NCBI GenBank assembly: GCA_016839745.1
Contig: JAEOTS010000166.1
Location: 1-18,694, forward strand
DNA from: Promethearchaeota archaeon
GTDB lineage: Archaea; Asgardarchaeota; Lokiarchaeia; Sigyniarchaeales; SOKP01
Length of the DNA stretch: 18,694 nucleotides
Direction: 5' to 3'
Part shown: positions 8,597 to 16,447 of the stretch, in pieces
How the letters are laid out: every line of letters begins with the position of its first letter
Numbering within the stretch: position 1 is the stretch's first letter
Program-made: the position numbers and the translations under genes
Notes under the pieces: model-generated
Databases searched by the model: none
Seen by the model: only the letters and a program-made list of their open reading frames with translations
What the model was told of the DNA's origin: nothing

Positions 8597-9367
8597 GTGG
8601 TGTTAAAAACGCGGATAAAAAGATCTGAATTGATTTTTAATCTTATTATAATAGCTCTTTTTGCAATAACGGCGAGTACTCAACTTTTAAGTGCTTATGG
8701 GGCTGTGTGTGTAACGTACAATATTCCTACTGGTAGGCCTTCTCCACCCTTTCCAGCAGGCGAAACATGGTGGAATGTGTTCGCTTATGCGGAAGCTTTT
8801 GCTGGGGTTTATATACCAATGAATATATTAACCTGGATTTTAGCATTCGCTTGGGGCTTTCTAATTTACGCCTATATTACTAAATGGCCTTGGAAGCGTT
8901 TCTTCTTAGTAGGTGTTATTGTAAGCGCCTTAGGATTCATTAGTGGAATTATCCCCGCAATAATATCAGATACTGGCGGATTTACGGCAGATTTTGATTT
9001 TGGTTCACCTCATTGGGGACGAACAATGGCAAATGCGTTAATGTTAGTTATACTTCTTCTAATGAATTTTGTGCCAAGGTTAAATATAGCAACCAAAAAA
9101 TTTGTCGAAGAACGCAGTGTAGCTGGACAATACATAAAACAATTAATATACATGTCCTTATTTTTCTTCTGGTTAGGAGCCGCTTCATTCCTTGGAACAA
9201 CTTTCATGGCAGACGCTCATCTAGTAAACGGACTTAACGTTTGGCAAACTATTGAGATCCAATTTATTGGTGGTGTAATTACATCAATCATTGGCGCTTC
9301 AATGTTGTCAACCGCTTTAATTTACAGTCAAATTCGACCTTCATCAGCACTGATAAAGACTAAATAA
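8597..9367 (+). CDS. Hypothetical ~6-TM membrane protein
   Basis: Long ORF with six hydrophobic segments and the motifs GSPHWGRT and DAHLVNG. It is followed by a strong oligo-T tract. Confidence 0.75.
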   Translation: MVLKTRIKRSELIFNLIIIALFAITASTQLLSAYGAVCVTYNIPTGRPSPPFPAGETWWNVFAYAEAFAGVYIPMNILTWILAFAWGFLIYAYITKWPWKRFFLVGVIVSALGFISGIIPAIISDTGGFTADFDFGSPHWGRTMANALMLVILLLMNFVPRLNIATKKFVEERSVAGQYIKQLIYMSLFFFWLGAASFLGTTFMADAHLVNGLNVWQTIEIQFIGGVITSIIGASMLSTALIYSQIRPSSALIKTK

Positions 9368-9403
9368 GAGTAGATAATCCTAAAGATATTATTAAATGTA
9401 TAA

Positions 9404-9433
9404 TTTTTTTTCTTTTTTTTCTTTTTTTCTTTT
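9404..9433 (+). terminator. Oligo-T terminator
   Basis: About 30 nt of almost pure T, 36 nt after the stop at 9367. Confidence 0.65.
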
Positions 9434-9705
9434 ACTTTGTTAAAAATTAATTGGAGATATTCATTACACAATTAAAGTCGGATTAATTCTGAACTACTTG
9501 GTTTTGTCGAAATACATCAAAGTTAATTGAAAGAAATAGCTTTAATTTTTAAGTGTTAATGGGTTAATTATTTAGAAATTAAACATGAAGCATTTAATAT
9601 CAACAACTACTTTTTTGGATCTAATTAATGCAATCCAATTCTAACTAAAATTAAATTAATAGATAATACAAAAAGAAAACAGTTAAAAAAAATGTTTTAA
9701 TTTGT

Positions 9706-10404
9706 TTAGTGCTTTTCTTCTGTTAATTTTGGTGCGTTCTTTTGACCTAACTTCGGTAAGGTAAAAAGTAATGCAAATACTATGATCGTCGAGATAGTTG
9801 CAGGCATCGCTGCTTCAGCGAAGGTTAGATGTGGGTTATAGTAAGGTAGTCCAACGTAATAATGCTCGGTTAGGACTCCCCCGAGAGAACATTTAACAGA
9901 TACAGTAATATTAGTCCGACCTTCACCTAGATATGGTACTATTTTTCCGGTATTTTCGTCAAACGGTGGATCATCTATCAGTTCTCCGGTTTTCTGGAGT
10001 CCTGGCAAAGGAAGAATATATATAGGTAGTGTGTGTGATGTAGTAATCTCACTCACATTAGTTGGTTGTTTAGAAAACGCATGATGGTTTGTTTCGTTGA
10101 ATGTGTATGTAGGCGCTTCTGTAGGAAGTATAGCAATAGCATAATTATCCTGATCATCGAAATATCTGTGATGATGATGATCTTCCCACACTTGTGTGAC
10201 ATTAACCCACACATCTATCTCGTATATATAGTGATACTCAGGATCCGAAACTCCGTGGGTAAGTCTAATGCTAAGTTCTTGCGCACCTACATCATATTCT
10301 AAATCTATATTTATAGGAGCATGCGCGTTCACGTTTAGAAAGCTCATCGTAATGCCGAGAAGCAGAAAAACGGACAAAGCGTAAAATATTTTTTTCTTTG
10401 ACAT
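9706..10404 (-). CDS. Exported, C-terminally membrane-anchored His-rich protein with a superoxide-reductase (neelaredoxin)-like ligand pattern
   Basis: Signal peptide ending VNA|HAP. Candidate ligands are H28, H50 (THGV), H58 (HYI) and C172 (CSLGG). Also an HHHH insert, four N-x-S/T sequons and a C-terminal hydrophobic helix. Confidence 0.55.
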   Translation of the reverse strand: MSKKKIFYALSVFLLLGITMSFLNVNAHAPINIDLEYDVGAQELSIRLTHGVSDPEYHYIYEIDVWVNVTQVWEDHHHHRYFDDQDNYAIAILPTEAPTYTFNETNHHAFSKQPTNVSEITTSHTLPIYILPLPGLQKTGELIDDPPFDENTGKIVPYLGEGRTNITVSVKCSLGGVLTEHYYVGLPYYNPHLTFAEAAMPATISTIIVFALLFTLPKLGQKNAPKLTEEKH

Positions 10405-10581
10405 TTTTATTCGGTTTTTTTTTAAATTTTAAATTTATGATTTATTTAAAATAGTTAAGCAATTTAATATTTTTACTTTTTCATTTATAAGAATTATAAC
10501 TTAAATACACTTTTTCCACATTTTAATCCCATATAGATAATTTTTGCTTATTGTTTGATTATAGATTGAGTTTCTAAGAAT

Positions 10582-10591
10582 AAAAAAAAAA
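10582..10591 (-). terminator. Oligo-T tract after protein B
   Basis: A10 run on + downstream of the stop at 10611. Confidence 0.4.
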
Positions 10592-10610
10592 GATGGATTT
10601 TTTAATATAA

Positions 10611-11963
10611 TTATTCGATGACGAACGGAATAATGTCTTCTGAAAATTTTTCCCGTTTAAATATTGCTTGGTAAACGAATAAGGCTAAGAAGAGAAGTAG
10701 GTCAAAGAAGAGAAGGAAAAAACCACCGAAAATTATATGGGTTAAAGTCGTTTCGCCAGCGACATCGAGGGGCGATCTTAAGAAAAAAAACGCTGCTGCA
10801 GGAAAGACAATAAAAAGACTTGCAAACAAGGTCCATCCAAACACCTTCCGTAATTTGTTTTTGGGTACCATGTTGTGTATAATTATACTGAAGACTACGA
10901 TAGCACCGAGAGTAATAAGTACATGGGGGTGTCCGGTAGCAAAATTGCGTTCAACAGGGTAATTCAAAATATTTCGATATGCTTCAAGGTCTGTAACAAT
11001 CAACAGTCCTGGTATTACTATAATAAACCCTGATAAAAAGTAAGTAATGAACATGCTCAGTCTCAAAGGATTTTTTAATACTGCAATAATTTTAGAACCA
11101 ATAGAGGAGGAACCGTAATCAGAACCGAGTTCTTCTTTTGATACTTTTATCCAACCGTCAAATGCAATTATTACGCCTGTAAACAAGATAAACGCCCGCG
11201 CGGGCATTAATATTGCATTCGCTGCTTTACCCATAACTAACATGAGGAAATACCCAGCTGTCATGGCAATAACACCAATTAATAGCAACCAAAGCCCAAT
11301 CTTAGCGAATTTACCTTTAACTCCTGTGTATCTGAAAGTAAGAATCAACACTCCAGTTAACAATAGTGCGTTCATTAATCGCATGTGAAAACTAGCGAGT
11401 TCTTGGAATAATTCTTTGGGAGTTCCCCGGAACAACACATACTCTACCTCTACTAAGAAGAAAGGCTCGTCAATTTCCAGCATTATAACCGCAGCAACAG
11501 CTCCGAATATTGCGAAGACGATCATGCTTCCTATGACAATTACAGCACTTAGATGTAGGATATTAAAGCCACCAATTTTAGGAATATCCCGATAATATTC
11601 GCTTTCTTTTACTTCTTTTCCAGGAATAAGGCCGTAAACTAGTAATACGGCACAAACAAATAAGAGACTTAACCCAACCAGAAAAAGATGATGTAGAAGA
11701 AAAAGATCTGTATAAGCCCAAAAAATAGCACCGATTCCCCCACAGACTCCACCTAGTGCTGCCGTATACTTAATTAGTTTAATGACTTTCGAGCGCATCT
11801 CTATTATATCGATAAAGAGCAGCGAGACAATCCCAATAAATGGTGTTGACATTGAGTGATATGTCATAATTACTTCATGGGCTTGGTGATGAACATCCGG
11901 CATCAAATAATGAAATGAAAACGCTACACCAAGGTTCACTACGATAATTATTGCTAATACCAA
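10611..11963 (-). CDS. Protein B: 12-TM paralog of protein A (HCO-subunit-I-like, no CuB/FeB ligands); may start at 12002
   Basis: Ungapped matches to protein A: MTYH36SMSTP vs MIYHSLALP; AYTDLFLLH91HLF vs AYTRIRLFHELF; FQELASFH193MR vs VQDMIVGHLH; YR...ERNFATGH345PH347VL vs YR...EYNFNVAHWHQL. Confidence 0.65.
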   Translation of the reverse strand: MVLAIIIVVNLGVAFSFHYLMPDVHHQAHEVIMTYHSMSTPFIGIVSLLFIDIIEMRSKVIKLIKYTAALGGVCGGIGAIFWAYTDLFLLHHLFLVGLSLLFVCAVLLVYGLIPGKEVKESEYYRDIPKIGGFNILHLSAVIVIGSMIVFAIFGAVAAVIMLEIDEPFFLVEVEYVLFRGTPKELFQELASFHMRLMNALLLTGVLILTFRYTGVKGKFAKIGLWLLLIGVIAMTAGYFLMLVMGKAANAILMPARAFILFTGVIIAFDGWIKVSKEELGSDYGSSSIGSKIIAVLKNPLRLSMFITYFLSGFIIVIPGLLIVTDLEAYRNILNYPVERNFATGHPHVLITLGAIVVFSIIIHNMVPKNKLRKVFGWTLFASLFIVFPAAAFFFLRSPLDVAGETTLTHIIFGGFFLLFFDLLLFLALFVYQAIFKREKFSEDIIPFVIE

Positions 11964-12089
11964 GATTAATAACTTATTTGAAAATCTACTTTTAGATTCG
12001 ATTTTAATTTCACCTTTGTTTTAAGTAATATTTTCAATTTAAATTTATGAAATTCTAATTGAATTATTTTTAAAATTGATCATAACCGT

Positions 12090-12139
12090 TTATAAGTCTT
12101 AACCTTATAATTTTATCGGATTTACTCCAATTAGAGTAA
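12090..12139. promoter_or_regulatory. TATA-overlapping inverted repeat plus a second short inverted repeat upstream of protein B
   Basis: TTATAAG-tcttaac-CTTATAA (12090-12110) and TTACTC-caatta-GAGTAA (12122-12139). Confidence 0.35.
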
Positions 12140-12182
12140 CATAAAAAAAGATATGGCTAAAGATGAATGAAAAAGATTTTGT

Positions 12183-13421
12183 CTATACTGGTTTAGGATT
12201 TTCTTTTTTATTAAGATTTAAAAATCTTAATAAGATTATAAGAAAAGCAGCAACTATCGACGGTACTATAATTCCCAACATTAAGGCTGCCTGTTCAGTG
12301 TAGAAGTCGTAAACATGACCAGAAATTGGCGCACCAATGGCTACACCAGCAACTATCAGAGCGTAGAATGTTCCTGTTGCTACACCGCTCTCAGAACCTT
12401 TGGTGTTCTCTTTAACAGCACCTGCTGAAGAAGGAAAAATCAATCCATGCCCAAGCCCCAGAAAAACCATTCCTATCATAGGTATTGGAACTTCGAAAGA
12501 AATCATGAATACTCCAAACGCAGATGCAACCAACAATAACCCAATCAGCATTACTTTAGTGTAGCCTATCTTGTCGCTCAGTATACCTGCTGGATAGTGA
12601 ATAAGTATCGAAAAGATCACCATTATGCTCAAAATCATGCCCGTTTGACCAACCGTGTATGCTGCGTTTTCTAACATTAGCGTATATACTGCTGTAACGA
12701 TTCCCATGTTAAACATCATCGCTAATATTGAAAAGTAAGGACTGATCATAGATTTTCGTAAAACTATTTTTCTAAATGTTTTAAACTCTTCTTTAAATGA
12801 TATTTTCTCTTTAGAAGGTTGATAGATCGATGGGAGAAAGAAAGAAGTGAAAGACATAATAAAGAGCACAATTGCCATTATTAAAAACAAATTACTTTCT
12901 CCAATTATTTGAGCAACCATACCTCCTAATAAGAAGCCTATTAAATTTGAAAATCCAATAGATATACCGTATAGTGCCATCCCCCTACCACTCCGTCTTT
13001 GGGTAGTGGCGTCGGAGATATAAGCCATTGTAGCAGGGCCCCCAAAACCCCCTCCTATTCCATGAACGATTCTACCAAATAATAAAAATAATGGATCTTG
13101 AGCGATAGCATATAATAACATCGAAATACCGTCTAAAAACACTCCAATGGATATTAACTTATTTCTACCGATTTTATCAACTAATCTACCAAATACTATA
13201 TTTGAAGGGATGTGTACCATGGAGTAAACTCCCACAATAAAGCCTGTAAATATAATTGACGCACCCAATTTCCCCGCATATGTCGCAATAATAGGAATTG
13301 CTGCGTTACTATCAAAATTGACCATAAAAGATAGGGTAAGTATTAAAAAAATATGCTTTCTCTTAATTATCGAGGATTTCTGAGTTTGAGCCTCGGTTGA
13401 ATTTAATAAGTTCTGTGTCAT
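12183..13421 (-). CDS. MFS transporter (DHA1-like)
   Basis: 12 TM. Motif A GRLVDKIGR and its repeat GILSDKIG; also GRIVHGIGGG and RGMALYG. SD AGGTG. Confidence 0.92.
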   Translation of the reverse strand: MTQNLLNSTEAQTQKSSIIKRKHIFLILTLSFMVNFDSNAAIPIIATYAGKLGASIIFTGFIVGVYSMVHIPSNIVFGRLVDKIGRNKLISIGVFLDGISMLLYAIAQDPLFLLFGRIVHGIGGGFGGPATMAYISDATTQRRSGRGMALYGISIGFSNLIGFLLGGMVAQIIGESNLFLIMAIVLFIMSFTSFFLPSIYQPSKEKISFKEEFKTFRKIVLRKSMISPYFSILAMMFNMGIVTAVYTLMLENAAYTVGQTGMILSIMVIFSILIHYPAGILSDKIGYTKVMLIGLLLVASAFGVFMISFEVPIPMIGMVFLGLGHGLIFPSSAGAVKENTKGSESGVATGTFYALIVAGVAIGAPISGHVYDFYTEQAALMLGIIVPSIVAAFLIILLRFLNLNKKENPKPV

Positions 13422-13558
13422 GTATTTTCACACCTAATCTTGTTTTAGGAGTATATTTAGCTATTTGTACAAAAAAGAACTTATCATCAAAATTAAAATT
13501 TTTTATTATAATTACATTATTTTATATATCAATTTTGACTATCTTAAGTGATTCTATC

Positions 13559-13894
13559 ATGAGCCCCCCTAAAAGCCGCTTAGAACAAGAACACAAAACA
13601 ATCAACACTATGATTCGGATGTATTGTAAACGCTTTCATGACTGTGACGATGATTTATGTCAAGAATGCACAGATCTTTTTCAATACGCTGAGGAACGAT
13701 TAAAAGGTTGCCGCTTCGGCGAAGAAAAACCTACTTGCGATACATGTACAGTTCATTGTTATAAACCTGACATGAGGGAGAAAATACGAACAGTCATGCG
13801 TTACGCAGGACCAAGGATGATATATACGCATCCAATTATGGGATTTCGACACTTATTTAAAAAAATGAAAAAAAATGAAAATTTAGAGATCTAA
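13559..13894 (+). CDS. ygbA: YgbA family ('nitrous oxide-stimulated promoter') Cys-rich protein
   Basis: RLEQEHKTINTMIRMYCKRFH...LCQEC..L..YAEERL..C.FGEEKPTC..C.VHCYKP.MREKIR.VMRYAGPRM...HP matches the family consensus. The likely start is the ATG at 13559, not the track's 13397. Confidence 0.9.
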   Translation: MSPPKSRLEQEHKTINTMIRMYCKRFHDCDDDLCQECTDLFQYAEERLKGCRFGEEKPTCDTCTVHCYKPDMREKIRTVMRYAGPRMIYTHPIMGFRHLFKKMKKNENLEI

Positions 13895-13934
13895 TAAACT
13901 CACTATTTATTTTGAATTGTTAGAATATTAGTAT

Positions 13935-14756
13935 CTAATTATACAATATTTTAGTCAATTCAACTTCTTCTCCTTTAAGGTACTTTTTAAGCGTATCTTT
14001 TTCATTCATAGAAAATATAGCTACTTCAAGACCTTTTATTATTTGATCTGTTATTGGAACCAGAGAAAGTAATTTACCTCGCATCCTTCCAGAAGCATCT
14101 GCCTTACTTGATTCATCTAATGTTTTTAAAAATTGATCAAGATCATTAATGTTTAATTCTTTGACCAGTTGAGCATTCGTACCTGATTGCGGATCTTGGT
14201 TATACACGCCAGGTACATCAGTTGCAAACATTAAATGTTTAGCATTTAAAACACGTGAGAGTACTACTGCGATTTGATCTCCGCCACAAACACTAAATCC
14301 CATACCAATATCGTACATCATATCTCCTCCTATCAAGGGCACCATCCCTAAAGATAAAAATCCCTTTAAAGAGTCAAATGCGTGATTAGTTATCACCATC
14401 TTATTGCCCACGATCATTGAAGAAGCGTGCATTAGATTTATAGGAATTCCTTTATCTAAAAATTTGGTAGCAATCGTTTTTCGAAGTTCGTTAACGATTT
14501 GTTGCGTTTTTGACATAGAAATTAGTTGTTCTTTATCCTTAAAACCCTTATGAAGGTTGTACCTCAACACAGGAGGATGACCGAAAGAACCCACTCCGTG
14601 GACTATAACTAGGCTCTTGATTAAGCCTAAATCAATACATTCTTTTATTTCAGTAGTAACTGCTTCTAGAACATCTTCTTTTAATGTGTATGGCGTTGAC
14701 TTGTCCGTAAGTAGAGAACCGCCGAGTTTTAAAACTAATATGTCTTCTGATGTCAT
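13935..14756 (-). CDS. ipk: Isopentenyl phosphate kinase family (amino-acid-kinase fold)
   Basis: LKLGGSLLTDK, VHGVGSFGH (IPK-specific His), GD.., ATDVPGVY..DP, and DASGRMRGK (variant of DVTGGMxxK). Confidence 0.85.
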   Translation of the reverse strand: MTSEDILVLKLGGSLLTDKSTPYTLKEDVLEAVTTEIKECIDLGLIKSLVIVHGVGSFGHPPVLRYNLHKGFKDKEQLISMSKTQQIVNELRKTIATKFLDKGIPINLMHASSMIVGNKMVITNHAFDSLKGFLSLGMVPLIGGDMMYDIGMGFSVCGGDQIAVVLSRVLNAKHLMFATDVPGVYNQDPQSGTNAQLVKELNINDLDQFLKTLDESSKADASGRMRGKLLSLVPITDQIIKGLEVAIFSMNEKDTLKKYLKGEEVELTKILYN

Positions 14757-14776
14757 TTAAATTCCTAGAAATTATA

Positions 14777-15580
14777 TTAGAAATTGAAAGCATATGGCCA
14801 AAAATCTGGAAACCCTAACTCAAGTATCAGAATTACAATTACGACCGCCAGAAAAATTGTGAAGTTATCCGTACCCTTAGGTGATAACGCTTCTACCACA
14901 GTAGCAACTATACTGACAACAATTATCGGTAGAATCAGTGTAACTATATTAATATGTGGAACTTCTAGAGAAAAGATCAAGACGAGAATAGAGCTTACTA
15001 ATATCGATCCAACTAGCATCCCGATACTTCCTACAATAGTTTTTTCGCTCCCTTTAATTCCAAACTTTTTTTCTCCGCCAAATTTGCGCCCGATAATGTC
15101 TGCTAACCCGTCTCCACCCGAAACGCACCCAATAATAAGTAATGCTGTAGGGTTTGCGTTATCTATGCCGGTAGACGGTACGTAAAACCAGAAAAAAGTC
15201 ATTAATACCATAACAATTGCATAGTAGAGCGTTCCTCCAAGAAGTTCTCGAGGGTCTCCTGATCTCGACATTGATGCCACAAAACTTTCGTTTTTCATCA
15301 ACCCCGTACCGATCGCCACGAATTGTAAAACAAATAATAACGGAACTATTACAGCAATGTAATGACTAATAACTTCGCCTGTAAAAAGCATCCACGTAAC
15401 AACGAATATAGGTCCCGCAAAAATATGGACGAATTTTCTCGTAATGATTTGAGAAACTTTTCCCTTTTTTTGCATCAAACCATTGATTTGTACCAACGCT
15501 AACAATATAACAATAGAGATAACGGTAGCAATTATGTCCCAAACAAAAGCCAAATCATTCCCAAACGGATTAAAAACCAC
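14777..15580 (-). CDS. Phytol/farnesol kinase (VTE5/FOLK-like CTP-dependent polyprenol kinase)
   Basis: TRKFVHI, SMSRSGDPRELLGGTLYY (close to the plant VTE5/FOLK motif), GDGLADIIGRKFG, KT..GS and VEALS..GTDN. Confidence 0.85.
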   Translation of the reverse strand: MVFNPFGNDLAFVWDIIATVISIVILLALVQINGLMQKKGKVSQIITRKFVHIFAGPIFVVTWMLFTGEVISHYIAVIVPLLFVLQFVAIGTGLMKNESFVASMSRSGDPRELLGGTLYYAIVMVLMTFFWFYVPSTGIDNANPTALLIIGCVSGGDGLADIIGRKFGGEKKFGIKGSEKTIVGSIGMLVGSILVSSILVLIFSLEVPHINIVTLILPIIVVSIVATVVEALSPKGTDNFTIFLAVVIVILILELGFPDFWPYAFNF

Positions 15581-15628
15581 GATTAATCACTAATCATATA
15601 AAAAAATTATTTTATGATAAATTAACTA

Positions 15629-15637
15629 TTATAAAAG
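15629..15637 (-). promoter_or_regulatory. Probable TATA box (CTTTTATAA) for the kinase pair
   Basis: About 50 nt upstream of the GTG at 15580. Confidence 0.4.
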
Positions 15638-15728
15638 TTCCTAAATTAAAAATAATTCCTAAAAATCTTAGAAGATATAAGTAAAACAACTTCTCTTACA
15701 CGATATTAACTTCATTTAGGTTTTCTTT

Positions 15729-15751
15729 AAAAAAAAAATTAAAAAAAAAAA
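15729..15751 (-). terminator. Oligo-T terminator of the tusA-yeeE-dsrEFH operon
   Basis: A10-TT-A11 on + after the stop at 15779. Confidence 0.6.
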
Positions 15752-15778
15752 TGAGTTTAAATTCTTTAAATTTCTTGA

Positions 15779-16078
15779 TTACATATTTATAATGCTATCG
15801 TTCTCAAAGATTAAGTCAATTACCTCGTCAGAAGCAACCAATCTGATATTATCAGAAATAAACTTATTCAATCCCCGGGTATCTATATGTTCTTTGCACG
15901 CAGCAACCTTCTTCTTTTGATTAAGAGCTTGTGAAATCGCTTTATTAGATTTATTTGCAAAATAAACCGCGTTTTGAAGTAAAAGTATGGTAACATCGTC
16001 ATCATCTGTGTGCTCCATCGCAAGTTCTACTCCTGTAATGTCTTCACTCGTTATAAAATATAAAACTTTTTTGCCCAT
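15779..16078 (-). CDS. dsrH: DsrH/TusB family sulfur relay subunit
   Basis: ILLLQNAVY and EHIDTRGL; 99 aa; third member of a DsrE-fold trio. SD GGAGGT. Confidence 0.75.
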   Translation of the reverse strand: MGKKVLYFITSEDITGVELAMEHTDDDDVTILLLQNAVYFANKSNKAISQALNQKKKVAACKEHIDTRGLNKFISDNIRLVASDEVIDLIFENDSIINM

Positions 16079-16091
16079 TTTTCTTTACCTC

Positions 16092-16436
16092 CTAAAACGG
16101 TATGGTTACGGTTGAATCCGCAATCATTTTTAATATTTCTCCATGTTCTTTCACTTCAACTTTATCAATGAGATCGTCTTTTGTTAAGCCACGCTCGTCA
16201 AGAGATTTCTTGTCAACAAAAATATCTAAATCGATATTTTTAATGAATTCTATGTGCATATCGTACATGGTTTTATCGACATCTTTTGTAAAGGTGTAAA
16301 CAGCGTCGTTAATCGCAATTGTAATCGGATCGAAATCAGCGCTAACAGCAACCGTCATCCTTAACCCTTCAACGGGGTAGAGAGTTCCGTGAGGTGGTTG
16401 CCGTAAAAGTATAACAACATTTTTTTTTTCAGCCAT
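16092..16436 (-). CDS. dsrF: DsrF/TusC family sulfur relay subunit
   Basis: RQPPHGT...EGLR, DAVY, VDKKSLDERGL...DLI and a C-terminal IPF; contains no Cys. Confidence 0.8.
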   Translation of the reverse strand: MAEKKNVVILLRQPPHGTLYPVEGLRMTVAVSADFDPITIAINDAVYTFTKDVDKTMYDMHIEFIKNIDLDIFVDKKSLDERGLTKDDLIDKVEVKEHGEILKMIADSTVTIPF

Positions 16437-16447
16437 TTTTTATCACC

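Noticed and set aside
5683-11963. Calling proteins A/B cytochrome c oxidase subunit I, NorB or heme A synthase
   Set aside because: There is no helix VII HH, no HPxVY or HLWVE, and no subunit II. The HH pairs that do occur (A 243-244; B 25-26 and 91-92) are in the wrong positions. The ExxHR motifs of heme A synthase are absent.
13397-13558. N-terminal extension of ygbA in the ORF track
   Set aside because: It overlaps the divergent MFS start, is AT-rich promoter-like DNA, and family similarity begins only at the ATG at 13559.
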